Assembly (NCBI GenBank): GCA_950097015.1
Contig: CATNEN010000014.1
Location: forward strand, 1 to 64,000
Direction of reading: 5' to 3'
Length of the DNA: 64,000 bases
Origin: Macrostomum hystrix
Taxonomy: Eukaryota; Animalia; Platyhelminthes
The notes under the pieces were generated by a model that was not told the DNA's origin, made no database searches, and saw only the letters and a program-made list of their open reading frames with translations. Shown one piece after another: positions 24,501-36,689 of the stretch. Position 1 is the first letter of the stretch, and the number at the start of each line of letters is the position of its first letter. Made by a program: the position numbers and the translations under genes.

Positions 24501-24930
24501 GATATTTGAATGAGTCCCAGAATGTCGGGAAACTGGCGAAGTCCTCACCGTCGAACTTAGGTAGTTGGACGGAACGTAGGGCATTGTCGTTGAGGTGAGT
24601 AAATGGCCGTTGAATTTGCTGTCGGGCGGAAGTGGAGTTGCTCTCTGTATTTGACTGTGAATGAGCTGTCTGCAGCTGCGAGATTAGCTGCTGATTTTGT
24701 TGCTGCATCTGCATCTGTTGCTGCATCATCGACACCATCAGACCTATTAGTTGCTGCATGCTGTCGGCACTTGCAGCTTGAGATGCGCCGGTGGGCACTG
24801 GGGCAGGTGCAGAGGATGTCGAATTTGCTGCTACGCCGCTGGTTGCCATCGTTTGGTTGGAGGATGAGTCGCTTGCAGCGGTGGCGGACTCAGAAGTCGC
24901 GCGTGTGCGTGTGTTAACCATCATAACCAC
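21508..24930 (-). CDS. BEL/Pao gag-pro-RT polyprotein (5' part), catalytic site altered
   Basis: LPKFDG (DUF1759-like), three Cys/His knuckles, LIDGGCSYTYI protease, DLQSAFYQI, YMGN in place of YMD(D/N), and a frameshift after LFSDGS. Confidence 0.88.
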   Translation of the reverse strand: MVMMVNTRTRATSESATAASDSSSNQTMATSGVAANSTSSAPAPVPTGASQAASADSMQQLIGLMVSMMQQQMQMQQQNQQLISQLQTAHSQSNTESNSTSARQQIQRPFTHLNDNALRSVQLPKFDGEDFASFPTFWDSFKYRVDSSKGLSDVDKFEILRGLLTGAAQRKLSGLDACRPGAYEEAQRILELNYGNLQEQKSACYRRLLVMPHLSDANQQSLEEFSDTLRLTLGQLTRLSEPTAAMDAYIFALWPKLPQCIQTDIQDFRIKTGKTLMPTMVELQEHLDTKLRALRATAISSQQHATSIPYAGASLINASSSHRSTPKKTHPSTDRYLSGNQKPSSSYNLRKSEVTCAYCDRSGHMSLQCERVSHPDDRLNIVRRKRLCFNCFNCLRTHALRDCQSQNRCRECKAQHHTSLHGSRIVEDRNTGATNKTRSNEPSEPKVSSHLSAMSPDPTDTVVNPEPVSAVACISSTHDGRLKPTVLATFSAPAVNPSTGESVNVTALIDGGCSYTYIRRDIARQLGLPVLAKFNIVSSACHVTTRRHIQAEVVRLELATQTGQRMPIRVLSIAHIAPAIYLQAFSLPKDITTSLKHLPLGVTNTPPTEDKEVRLDLLIGNDYAQRLIGPSVGAIPLRPSFTAHLTPFGTILTGSLDDPTNLFSDTILSNSFFCQAQSDNLERLVDRMTSLEVLGLGQSTDPPIFPADELTTQLLATATRQQDGRFSVALPFKTGAENLPSNFGQAFGRAQLVHNRLTPEQRTKYYAEFDKRKVEGVLELVDRQQPTGRIIHVLPHFPVIKESSNTTKIRPVVDASSPTSYGGLCLNDLLETGPNLLTTLLQVQLRLRVFRHVCVSDLQSAFYQILVHPECRDALRIILPEDITRPLTKENLQLWRFTRIVMGASPSPWILLAILQKLCHDASVSSEFGLTPNEAKAIPAGLYMGNLVMGYDHQEDGPRLVAGLAALFRSACFHLREFAASDPTSLCQLPVADVINDPIVRNLGIAWDTTKDTLQLVKPSISPDLNLSRASLLSAISKPYDPFGYAAPLLLAGRLLFQRAFNSQAPWNQPADAPTVESWKSLREDFSNVDRIIMQRRCIADRSCPCRMILFSDGSPHGLRLRDLRSSIQGRKGKRRTFIR

Positions 24931-24942
24931 GCTCTGCTACCA
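24925..24942 (-). promoter_or_regulatory. Primer-binding site complementary to the initiator tRNA-Met 3' end
   Basis: TGGTAGCAGAGCGTGGTT, 2 nt downstream of the 5' LTR. Confidence 0.8.
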
Positions 24943-26817
24943 ACTTTCCGTTTAGGAAATAATGTAAGATTTCCGTTAAGGAAAGAATGTTTATTGTTAT
25001 TTATGCTGTGATTGAATTATGAGACGTAAGTCTGAGAAAGATCTTTGCTTAGTATATTTAAGTGTAGCTAGAACGATGGAGGGTACAGTAAGGGGTGTCT
25101 ATGGGAGGAGCGAATGCTGAGAGAAGTACGAGCGTAAAATTAAAGTGATATTACACTGCGGTGTGGAATTCTATGGGAATCAGAATGCTAAGTGAGCTGG
25201 AGTGCAGCATTGCGGGAACAAACAAATGTAGAATAAATCTGGGTGAGCAACTGAAATTAAGACATAAATTATAAATATTATGGAGAGATGTTTATCTCGA
25301 CAGCTCATAATTAGCTTTCCCCTTCTCTGCCTTTTTTTGCCTGTCTCTGCTATTTTTGCCCTGCCCTCCCTCGAGAACGACAGGCCTGCGGCACGCGATC
25401 GGCACTCAGATAAGTAACCCGCGCAGCGGTTTCTGATTGTTACCCCAAAGGGACTGTTCTTTTAGCTAGGCGGCACTTTAGTGGGAAAGGGGACTAGGAC
25501 TTTTTGGCTTAATAAATTAGTAAGCGGTAGCCAATTAATTTCACATTAGGCAAACTTTAAAGTACAATTTAAATTCTTTCATTCTGTGTCCGCCTCCATG
25601 TTTATTTTATCTCTTAGACAGCCCTCAGAGATGAGTGGCTAATCTCCTATAGGGGGTGGGCTCTGGTGATGCCGAGCTGAAGGCTGCGGCAGGAAGGCGA
25701 CTGTACGCGCGCATAAGAGTAATAGGGAGCTAGGGATTCGCGGGCAGATGCGGAGCGTAGCATGTGCACCTCCGCTGGGGTGTGGGGGATTCCTTGGCGG
25801 GTTTTCCTCTCTCCCCGGCGGGTCAAAGGGTACGTGTCAAACTCCCTTGCCAATGGAGTTCCCCTTCTTTTCCCCCTCCTCTCGCGACTGCCGCCACAGG
25901 GGCGAGGGCGAGGATTAAATGACCTTTCGCTTGCGTAATCACTCAGCCAGAGTTCTGCTTAATCTCTCCAGCCTCTGTTTTCCTCAACTCACACAGATTC
26001 AGTTGTTAGTTACTTAATGTGTAGGCTGCAGTCTAATGTATAGAACGGGTCTGATGTCTTATGAGTAGGATTCTGGCTATGGATTCTCATTCAAGTTCTT
26101 AGTACCACCTTTCTAGACCCCTGTAGCGCGAATTCAGGAATCCCCTTTTGAGGCGTGTCTCGATCCATTCTGGGGCTCTCACCCCAGTCTAAAACGGAAG
26201 TTGCAGAATGCCCTATTTTTCGGCTTGTCTAGATCTGCGTGATAAAGTAGGAGCTGTGTACTCCGGGGACCCAAGTTCCCAAATGCCTGCGGTGGCGACG
26301 TAGGCGCATTGGGTGGTGGCGCTACCCTAGATCATCTTTCCGCTTTGCCGATAGCCTTTCCGCAGTTCTGTGACAAGAGCCTAGGCCGATTCGACCACCG
26401 CTACCAAGGTTAGGAGTCAGTCGCGCACACACTACTGCCGACAGTAGGCTGTCTAGCCCTGTCCTGTCCGATTCCGGATAGTCCGACGCCCCTCTTCTTA
26501 GACTTTTAGCCGGTTTCGAGCATTGCTTGGGGTAGGCACGGCAGCCATGCCTGTGGCCTATGGGACGAGTGGGACTGGCTAGCCTGAGGCCGATAGGACC
26601 ACCGACTTCTCGCGAGTTGCTAGGCGGATATCTAATCGACTATGTCGCCCGCCTCTGGTGATCATCTCTCATAAAGGCAGGTCAGCGGTTGCGAAACACC
26701 CACCCACTTCAGAATCAACATTCAGCTGTGATTCCCCTTGCTTGTCTAACATATAAGTTCCAAATCTCTGTATCAAAATGCTATATATATGTTTCACTAG
26801 GCCTTTACTGTCTGCAG

Positions 26818-27795
26818 CTGCTCAACCTAAGAGAGACTCTGAAGCTAAGAGACGTGTTGCAGCGTGGAGTGCCTAATCTAGCTGGAGTTTCTGCGGAAGC
26901 GTCGATTCCCGTGAATATTCCCATCCGAACGGAGGCTGAGCTGAAGAAATTTTACGACTCTATTTACACCAACGATGACATTAAGAAGGCGTTAGTGAGT
27001 TATTTCGATATTATGATTTTATGATTTTGTAAAAATTGAATATAAACTGTACTATATTTTAGCAAACCTAAATTTAGTGGCATTTTTCGAAACAAATACG
27101 ACAGCTTCCAGTCAGCCGCAAATATAATGATGATTTGGAAGTTATTTCTGTTTGCTCTTTGTTTTAGGTAGCACGGCTGCAGACAAGGTGTCTCTGTTCC
27201 GAGGCGCAACCATCTGTGCGCTACGCAATCAATGAGCTGATCGCGCGGGATTTTCAAGGCCGCTTCAATAGAACAGGCGGGAAGGATCCCAGAGGAGGCG
27301 ATCAAGAAAACGCAAAATTTTCTTTCGATACTTACTTTGGCGAAATCCTAAAAGGTTCGTACAATGTTTGTCCTCTATACATTATGCTTGAACTAGGAAT
27401 TTTAATACTCTAAATTATACATTTTGTTTTATAATGGAAACTCTGAACTCAAACAATAAATAAGTAAAGCTGTCCTGATGCTCAAATACTTTTCTTTGCT
27501 GCGATGTACCGTTAAGCCGTTACTTACTGCATGTGAATAGACCCACTGTAGTTAATAAACCCACTTTACATTAAACCATTGTCCAGATGCCCTGTCGTCC
27601 AAGTTTACTTTGGAAAGGATTAACATGGCCATCCAGGGTTTTTCGATGGTGTCCGAAAGCGGAGAAGCGCGGGCTCAACAGTCGCGATGCCCAAGAGAGC
27701 GGCGAAGCGAAAGCGGCAAAGCAGGGGCGGCGCCTCGGGTAGCGACGAGTCTACAGCTAGCCATTCAGAGTAACTGCCAAATATTGCATATGTGA
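26818..27795 (+). CDS. Three in-frame spliced exons (26818-26994, 27168-27354, 27587-27795) of an unknown, possibly DUF4806-like, gene
   Basis: GT-AG introns of phase 0 and 1 join ...DDIKKAL|VARLQ...GEILK(D)|ALSSKFTLERINMAIQGF... without a stop. The 5' exons were not found. Confidence 0.55.
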
Positions 27796-29483
27796 TGGTA
27801 GGGAGAGCGCGTGGCTTCATGTTTATGATATGAAGAAAACCACAGATTTATTGTGCGAGAGCGAATCAACTCTCAGAGCTCCACGCTCCTGAGTTCGGCG
27901 GTTTTTATGTTTTAAGCTTGAACGATAGACGATGGCACGTTTGGTGCAAGGATTTGGGGTGATAAAAGAGCGTACATTGATGTAACATAGTCAGTTAGAC
28001 ACAATCAACCTCAACCTACAGCGCGGTGTACTTAGTGTGATAGTTTCCTATTATAGTTTTCTGTTCCTGTCTTGGCAGCTAACTCTGCCTTTTTACAGAG
28101 GTTTTGCGTTTTGGTCATCGCGGTGATTTTAAGAGTTGGTTAATGTAATTCAATTGTTCAATTCGAATTTGCTTGCAATTGCGCCTGTTGGATTTTGTTG
28201 AGGAGGTTTCGATCTTTTGGTGGGGGTTGTGAGAGGCTGCGGGTGTTTTCACGCGCCGCCCCGACTTATAATTTGTACCACCCTTTTGCATCTTTAAATA
28301 GACAACTTGAGCGCAGTTGCGCGGCACGTTTTCGGTTAGTGCTCTGGCTGCGGCCGAGACTGAAACCCCTTCTGAGTTTATCAGAATGTCACACATTGAT
28401 TGTCAAAATTCATTATAAATACGAGCGTATGGTCAGTTTATCATCCTCTCCCCCTATCACTCGGCTTGATTTTTAAAGTAAATAAGCACTTGAGTTTGGT
28501 GAGCATACTTATAGAGGCATGAGGCATATGCCTCTTTTCTTAGCTAGAAAGCTAACGGCCTTTAAAATTCTCTTTCCACACTTAAGTACCTCACGCTTAA
28601 CTTATCAGCATGACCTTGAACTTATCAATTTATCAGCATGAACTTATCAGCGTGACCTCGCAGGGTAGAAAAGCATGATTGTTGATTACATGTTTTTTAT
28701 TTGCTGTCAGTTAGGATTCTTAGTCCTTTTCGCAAAAATCTCTATTTTGTCATTTCGCCAGTGACCTTTCTGTTACATTTTGGCAACATAGATAGTTATT
28801 AAGCTTTTGGTTTTCTAAACTTATAAATTCAAAAGTTAAAAATTATTTGAATACCCTTTTCTCTGTAAAGTGATGAGAATTTGCTAAAAATTCATTGCTA
28901 GGCATTGCTAAAAAATTTCTGGAACTTAGACAATGCCTAGTGAAAACTACGTACGTTAACTGCAATCTAGTTGCAATCTCGTCTAATCCGGCAATCTAGC
29001 AATCTAACAAATTGCTTATACATTTAAATGGTTGTTTCGGCCTTCAAAACGAAGTATCTTTGTGATCACGGCTAGTGCTAATTATACCTCACTCATGCTA
29101 CGAGTATAACTTGTCTTCAGTGACTGATGTAGCAGCCTACCTGTCACCAGCTTGATACGTGTGCTATAGAAGTAAAATTAGGTATTCGCAATTCAATCGG
29201 ATTTAGGCGTCATTTAAGTATCGGAAATTCCGACAAGAATCCGATCGGATTGAACGAGACAATTTCACTATAAATTCCGATCAGATGCTCCGACCGGATT
29301 CCGAGAAACCGTTTTTAGTGGGCTGTGAGCTGTCCGTCAGGAGAGGTCGAGTCACCTGTGAGCTGTCCGGCAGGAGAGGTGGAGTCACCTGTGCGCTGCC
29401 CGGCAGGAGAGGTCGAGTCACTTGTGCGTTGCCCGGCAGGTGGAGCGAGGCTTGCGAAAGATACTTTAACTTAGGCGTGCCTG

Positions 29484-29991
29484 GTGGGCGAGTATGAGTC
29501 AGAGAAAAAAGACTGGATTCAGCGAGGTTGGCTGCTACCGTTCTATTCTAACCGGCCCAGGGGACACGTGACGGGCCAGAGACAAGGGTCTACGGTGGAG
29601 GTCGATGGCCTTCCCCGTCACGTAGCTGACGTCCACCCGGCATCAGACACGCAACCGCAGCCTCCTGGGGTGGAGCGAGCTGTCGAGCGGGATGCCGAAC
29701 CACGACGGTCTAATAGGGTGAAGTCGGCGCCGGTCCGTTACGAACCTTGATCTCTTGTGATCCGGAGATCAGGGGGTGATGTGTTGTACTTTTATGTGCG
29801 TTGTACTTTCATTATATAGAAACTAGTATTCGACCGTTGCAGCTAAATATCCCATAGACAATTCGTTCTACCTGTTTGATTGCGAGGACCGCGTTAAGAG
29901 CGTTTGCGGCTCTAGCGTTTGTAGTAACCTGGGCTTTGCTATCTACCCAAATACACTAAACCACACGCAACTCATAATAAAGTGTATGACA
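29484..29991 (+). mobile_element. Gypsy-like integrase C-terminus with PPT and candidate LTR (right-arm copy)
   Basis: Mirror of 12121-12628. AGGGGGTGA at 29771-29779, then TG...AATAAA...CA. Confidence 0.6.
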
Positions 29992-30535
29992 TGGACTTCT
30001 ATGGTTAAGAACAAGAGAATGCACTTAAATGCCCCAATCGTACCTAACCGTTGATCACTCTACTGAGCGACGATGTCTAGTAGTCAAGATGGGCTTATAA
30101 TTATGAGGGGCGAAATGCCCCTCGTAACGGGCGAATAGTCCCTAATATTTCCACTAAAATACTTTTATAATTTCTTTTGATATTATTCTCCGAGTAACAA
30201 TTGACTTTAAACATTCTTATAAGAGCCATTAAAAACAGAGTATGCTCATGACCTAGCAGATATTGCATGTCCCCTGAAAATTTTACTACTCTGACATAGG
30301 CATACGTCGGTGGTCCTGACGAGGGTGAGAGTTACTTCGGGACTCTTAAACTTTCATAGCGCAACTCATAATAAAGTGTATGACATGGACTTCTATCGTT
30401 AAGAACAAGAGAATGCACATGAATGCCCGAATCGTACCTAACCTCTGAGCTTGAGCTTGAGCTTAAAGTTGAGCTTCGAGGCCAAATAGCATGTCTGTAG
30501 TAATGTTTTTTTATCCGAAATATTTCTTAGCTATG

Positions 30536-32820
30536 TTATTATTATTATTATTATTATTGAGGTGCGCACGCCGATTGGGTGCTGATTTTTTTGTTTATTT
30601 TATGTTTGAGGTTAAACAAATCGATTTTTTTAAGAGAAGGCGATAGGAAAACAGTAGCATGCGTAATAATTTTAGGTTAATAAAATATTTGAAAAAAAAC
30701 AAATTTTTGAAATAAACAAAGGCATTAAAACAAGAAATGAAATATTGAAATTTAAAGGAAAAATTAAAACTGACCGAAATGAGAATAGCTATTGTGTTTT
30801 CGCATTCTAACTATGGGCCTCAGGGCAGTGGCTTTTTATCTAGCTTTAATTATGCTTTCTATGAAGTCCACAAAACTTTCTGTTAATTCTATGCTTTCCT
30901 GTGTCATTAAATACACAATTTTGTCATCAGCTGTTAGGCTTTCGAAATTTCGAACAGTACCTGCTACTTTCTCTATGAATTAATTTCTAATTGGAACATA
31001 AACGGACCAATCGCATCTAAAGAGAATATGAGTTTCGTTCTCTACCTCGACTCTACATTTTGGGCATGTTCTGTTTTCATAGGCGATTTTCGGTCTTACA
31101 GTGCGCAATGTCTCACAGGCCAGTTTGTGGTTTCCTAGACGAAATCGGGACATTGTGCGCCTTTTTTCTGGGTTAGAGATTATTGTTAGGTACTTTTCTC
31201 GGGAGAAATCTTTCTTAAACGTGTAATAGAAGTGGCTGAGCTTGGCTGATTTTCCCATCCTCTGAGTCCAGTGCCTTCGAAACTCTGACTCAAAATTCTC
31301 TCTGTGCGTTTTGATGGACTTTGTTTTTCTAGTCTGTTGAAAATTCCGCATTACTTCACTATTCATTTTTTCCCCAATGCCAACATCACTGTATTCTGTA
31401 TCTGGCACCAATTTCGCGATGATGGAGTCTGGTCGGCTCCGAACTGAGGACCAGTATTGAAGGCTTCTTTTTTGAATACTATATAATAGTGGTAGTCTTC
31501 CTAATTCGGACCGAGCACCATTGCTGTCAGTGTTTGGACTAACTTGCAGAATCGACTTGCACATTCTAAAATTAATTCTCTCTATAAGGTTCCGATCCCA
31601 AGTACCCAGTTTCCAGGAGACAAAGGCTCCCCAGGCCTCTGATGCATAGAGAACTATGCTTTCAATCATAGTTGTGCTAAACAGGATGAGCTGTTTGTGT
31701 TTTACTCTCTGAAATCCCGCCAACTTTCTCAGAAGCATTATTGGATATCCACTTTTTTTACCTAGTTCTATGGCATGAGTATCTATTGTTCCCTTCACGT
31801 TCATGTGAAACCCAAGATATTTCGACTGCTGTACGGGTTCAACCAGTTGACCATGTAAAAACTGTCTATGTGTTGCCCTTGAGTGGAGATTGCAGCTCAG
31901 AAGCTTTGTCTTCTCAGTGTTTATTTCTAATTTATGAGTATTGCAAAAATCTGCTACTTTGTCGAGGCCTTTTTGTAATTCTGTCAGGTCTTCACAAAAA
32001 ATGACTAAATCGTCACAATAAAGCAGGTTGTTTACTTCTTCATTCAATATGGAGGTATGGCTTTGAAAGGAGTTTTTTAGGATTGTGCTTAGCGGGTCGA
32101 TGTATAAGGAGAATAGCAGTGGAGATAGGGGGCATCCTTGCCTGACGCCATTAGTGATTCGACACGCCTCAGTAGCTGTGCCTTCTGACACCTTGAGGTG
32201 AAATTTAGCGCTTGAGTACATATTCTCAATGGTAGTTATTATTGCTGGGTTCTCGCCCAACTGCTTTAATCGTGTGACTAGGGTTGGGTGGTGAACCATG
32301 TCAAAGGCGCTTTTTAAATCAAAGAAAACTAAATGGAAAGGTCTTTTCTTTTTCTTCTTTTTATGAACTAATGTCAATAGGGTTGCAATGTGATCGGAAG
32401 TCGGGCAGCCTTTTCTGTTTCTGTTTCAAAGCAAGTTCAGGGCTTTGATGTGTGCTTCTAATTTATCGTAAACAATTGATGCAAACAGTCTCGCGATGGC
32501 TGGCAGGACGCTTATTGGTCTGTAGTTTTTTGGATCACTGCGAGACCCCTTCTTGTATATTGGGCTTACCAATGCTAGTGACCATTGCTCAGGAGTATAT
32601 CCAAGCCTAAGGATTGAGTTGAATAGCTTCTGCAGAGCGGGCTTGAAAACTGTGAGGCCATAAATGATGTGCTCGTTTGTTATTCCGTCAACTCCTGCTG
32701 CCTTTTTCTTCTTTAGTTTTTTCACTGCCTTATCAATTTCCTGGGTGCTGACTGTTGTGTCTGTAAAGATTTTTGGGTTTGGTGGATGCCCTCGGAGGCA
32801 TCTGACTGAGGGTTGCTGAC
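30536..32820 (-). mobile_element. 5'-truncated L2/CR1-like LINE with RT domain, degenerate
   Basis: KAAGVDGI...NYRPISVL, FFDLKSAFD, GVRQGCPLSPLLF and YCDD motifs. Broken between 32377 and 32426, premature stop at 30980, (AAT)n tail. Confidence 0.9.
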
Positions 32821-34074
32821 TATGTAATATTATTCACAGGAAAACAGTTTTAAAGGTTATTATATATGTTTCCTTATCACTGAAAATAAATTCCAGCTTT
32901 ATTGAGCACAAAATTCAGGACTAAAAGGCTGCCAAAAGTGACACATTTGCTATGTAGAAACTTAGTAATGAAATATAGCCAGAACTTTTAATAAGTGACT
33001 GTTAGGTAGATGGCTACGACTCTCACTATCAGCTACTGAGGCACAAAGCAACTCTTGTCAAACTTAGCATAAAACCTCTATAGCAATTCCTGTCTAATCT
33101 ATATACAAAGTCCGAGCTACTTCCTGACGTCATAGACTAGCTTTTAAAGCCGCAGATTTCGACGGCGATGGCTTCTACGTTTATCATAGAGTACAGGGAC
33201 TCAAAATTCGTCGAGATCTATCAGGAATAAGGGGGTCGCGAAATCGATTCTGTGCCACCTACTGACCTAAAAGTATAGTCCTTTGTAAGGCCTAGGTATA
33301 TAGGCAACTTTGACTGGCTGCCATTTCCGAATGACTTGGCCTGAGCACGTGAGACTGGCGTCACTAGATGGCATATATAATTCTGAGTCCGATGCCATTT
33401 GTCTAGTAGATTTCAGTCCATCTAGAGCCAGTCGGCAGCCGCTAGACTGAAGCGTCAAAATCTACTCACAAGCAAGAAATCTGCCAGTAGGGGGTCCAGA
33501 CCTATAGACGCACTTTTGCGGCCTTCTAGTTGGTCTTTTTCGACGTTCTCGGTGTCGCAGGATAACTTTTTTATGATAGATAGACGTGATTCTATGGTGC
33601 AGGCACCTTATTCGAAGCCTGCAATCCAGTGCATTGCTACGAGTGTAACTATATATTCGTTTATTACCGCATTAAAAAAGTACTCGTAAAAAGCGCACAT
33701 TAACTAAAAGTGCACTGCTAATTAGACAGCTACTTGTTTTTAATGTAGATATATTATTAAGTGAAGCCGGTTCCATTCGTCGAATAATTGATTTTCTAGA
33801 TTGGTAGCGAAAAGGCAATATTAGCGACTGCGTACTCGTAAGAAGAATAGTGAGTAAAAAGGGAGTCGAGGGGATACAATCTAGACTCTAGCCATGCATT
33901 TTTGAATGAGATCGCTGGATAGCGGAATTGGTAAGCGAGTAAATTGACTGCTATCGCTACGTGACTGCAGCAGTGCCGAAGGGTCTTTCCTACATTAAAA
34001 GAGATTTTCATATTTGTGTTTATGAAAATTAAGCAGCGCAAAGTTTGGTTCAATAGCTTCGTCTGAGTTTACAA

Positions 34075-34984
34075 TCAGTCGACGATCATGCGACCTTTGC
34101 CGAAGTTCATTCCGGCCTGGCTGGCACCCTTGTTATAGCCTGCCTGTAGCCCAATAACAGCCTTGCTGGCGTTCAGCTGCTCGTCGCTGAACTCCCGCTT
34201 GTTTTCCTCGGATAGCTTTGGTCCAAGTACCGGGCCAGTAAACTCCGCGTGCACCTGGCACTGAGGGGAGTGCGTCGGACCATGCAGGGTTAGGGTGTTT
34301 CTTGTATATAGTGTTACTTTTCATTAGAGCCCAGAATACAACAAAATTCCATTTACTCACCGTGCGACCCAGTGCAAACAAGCATTGTGTGACCTGGCTA
34401 ATATCCTTCTTTTCGTACAAGTCAACAGTCTGGAAGACATCAGTTGTCGGCACACCGTAGGCCTTGATTGCGTTTTGGAAGGCACTAATGTTCTCCATGA
34501 TCTTAAAGGGCATACTGTTAGCGTCGTTGATCTTCTTCACACTGCCTGGCTTGATTTTATTGATCAACTTGCACAGAACGATTCCTGCAAGAATGTCCTT
34601 AGTGCATGTAGTTAGTTTCTTTTCAGTAAAGTTACTATTATGAAACAAGTTTCGGTAATGATATGTTAGTGAAGTTGATAGTGGGTTAGTGGCTTTGTAA
34701 AACTATGCAAAAAATGGCTTATTTTCTTTCTGGTTCTCACCATTCTGGAGAATATTCTCATAACCCTTTTCGCGATCCAGCTTCTCGCCCGTGATAGACT
34801 CGATCCAATCGAGCACCTCAGCCTCCTGCCCTGCATCGCGCTTGCCGTCGAGCTACAAAGGTAAATAAAACGTAATCGCAATTTACGCTAAGCGATTTCC
34901 CATTGCAAAGTGTAAGGTGAACTCCAAAGTTACCTTTTTCTTAATCTGAGCGCTCAGACCATAAGCCACACCCTGGTTTGCCAT
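34075..34984 (-). CDS. Myophilin / transgelin / MP20-like calponin-family protein, 190 aa, 4 exons
   Basis: Exons 34984-34934, 34852-34741, 34584-34361 and 34260-34075, all GT-AG, total 573 nt. One CH domain and one calponin repeat (VIGLQAGYNKGASQAGM). Confidence 0.95.
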
Positions 34985-36689
34985 CGCTAACTTCGCCGAA
35001 TGTGATGCACGGGGTGCCTAAAAGCAAGATACGATAGCAGCAGAGTGGCAGCAGGATTTTAGAAGGGTTGGTCGATGGGTTTTTATGCCTGCTTTGCCTT
35101 CAAGCCTTCCCATTCCTGACCTATTCCAGCAATCGTATATTCTTTCCGTGTGCTTCTGCAGCGGGAAAGATCGATAATGAATTTCCTTTCCCGTTGAAGA
35201 CCGTACGCCCATTCGTGGATCGAGCGAGCATCCAAGCATCTGTGCTAGCAATATTTTGTGAAAGTATGCATCAAGCGAAGATTGGGTGAATTGCAGGCGC
35301 AGTTTTCTATAGGCTTGAAAATCACATTTGAACTGTCCCTGCTGCATGCTTTCCTTGCCCAAAATTCCTCGTATTCCTATTTTGGCATTCGCTCATTAGA
35401 AGCGCCCATTTCGCTTTCCTTTGACCTGAATCCTAAAGTTTTCAACCCAAATCTAGTCATAAACCGTAGCATGAACGCAAGTGTAAGTAATGTTCGAAGA
35501 CTTAGCTAGATGGATTGCGCACAAGAAACCTGGCTTCGGAAGCAAATTACTGGGGCTAGTTGCTTTATCTTTCCAAGCGGATTAGCATGCATGTTGCTGG
35601 TTTGGTTTAGTCAAATCACTTTTGTACGTATACTTTATTTTGCTTTTCGCTTGGCACTCGTTATTTACACGGGGCCGTGTAAATATTTTTTCGAATTATT
35701 TGTACTTAACTTAGTGCATTTTACCCAAGCATGTTAATTAGTATGATCTAAATAGCTAAATTTTTATTTCTATTTTTTGTCACTCAATAGATTAAACACA
35801 TTGAGATTATACTCGTAGATTAATAGGCTAAACACATTAAGTAAAGACTTAAGACCCTACACTTAACTTATTAATCAGATTACCTGCTTAAACTAGTATT
35901 AATCTCAGCTAAAATAAGTACGAGTACACATTTCCACGGAAAAATGCGAAACTTATTTACAAGGTCAGTGTAAAGAAACAAGTGCCTTTTCTTGTCAATA
36001 GGTCTCATTGCCAAAGTATCAGGAAAAAGTGATCGAGATTATCGAGATTTATAATAGTGGACTGGCCGCCATGCTTGTCGCTTTATATAAGCATGTGCTT
36101 TGTATATTTTATGTGCTGCACATTTCCGAAATTTTTCATCTCTCTAGCCATGTACAATGTTCAAAAAATTCCATAGCAGTTGAGTTGATTGATATAAATT
36201 TGCTATCGGTGGGCCGCGATTCCTGCGAATCATTATATTGAGAAAATCTTGCAAAACCGTGTCGACGCTTTGCTAAAAGTACAATCTAGCGGCACTCAGT
36301 GGCGCATGACTAAAGCGTATCATCCGCTTGTAAAATTCGTACTTGTAAATTGCTGTGTCGCTTTTGAATATAAGTGCGCACTGGCATGACTGAACAATCA
36401 TGGATTTGCGTACTCTGGTGACTATCAATGGCAATAAGTTTCAGCTGTATAACTTTTGCATGGTCGAACATTTTTCAGTCGCAATGTATACAAGCTGACC
36501 TTGTACGCTGCCCTTAATAAAAAAGTGCATCATTTTTTGCAATTAAAAACTTGAACTGAAAAAATTCTAACCGAAGCAAGATAACAAATGTATAATATTT
36601 GTTTTAAGAAGCGTCCGCGTATTGTTTTTTGCCGAGTAAAAAATTTACTTTTTTGAGCATGTGAGACGGTTTAAATAACTGCTCTGTTT

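Larger units (their letters stand above)
18918..25302 (-). mobile_element. Full-length BEL/Pao LTR retrotransposon with 5-bp TSD GCTCA
   Basis: LTRs at 18918-19276 and 24945-25302 differ by 1 substitution and 1 indel. TSDs at 18913-18917 and 25303-25307. Gag-protease-RT-RNase H-integrase order is read from the ORFs. Confidence 0.95.
26654..31591. repeat. Right arm of the ~4.9-kb inverted duplication
   Basis: Reverse complement of 10522-15458. Confidence 0.97.

Noticed and set aside
30315-30352. CTGACGA followed by a hairpin (mirror near 11760-11797)
   Set aside because: The required GAAA is replaced by TAAA and no stem III or cleavage triplet is present.
10522-31591. Giant TIR transposon (Maverick or composite) interpretation of the inverted arms
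   Set aside because: No outer TSD, the right arm runs on into a LINE ORF, and the spacer holds unrelated LTR elements rather than polB/capsid genes.
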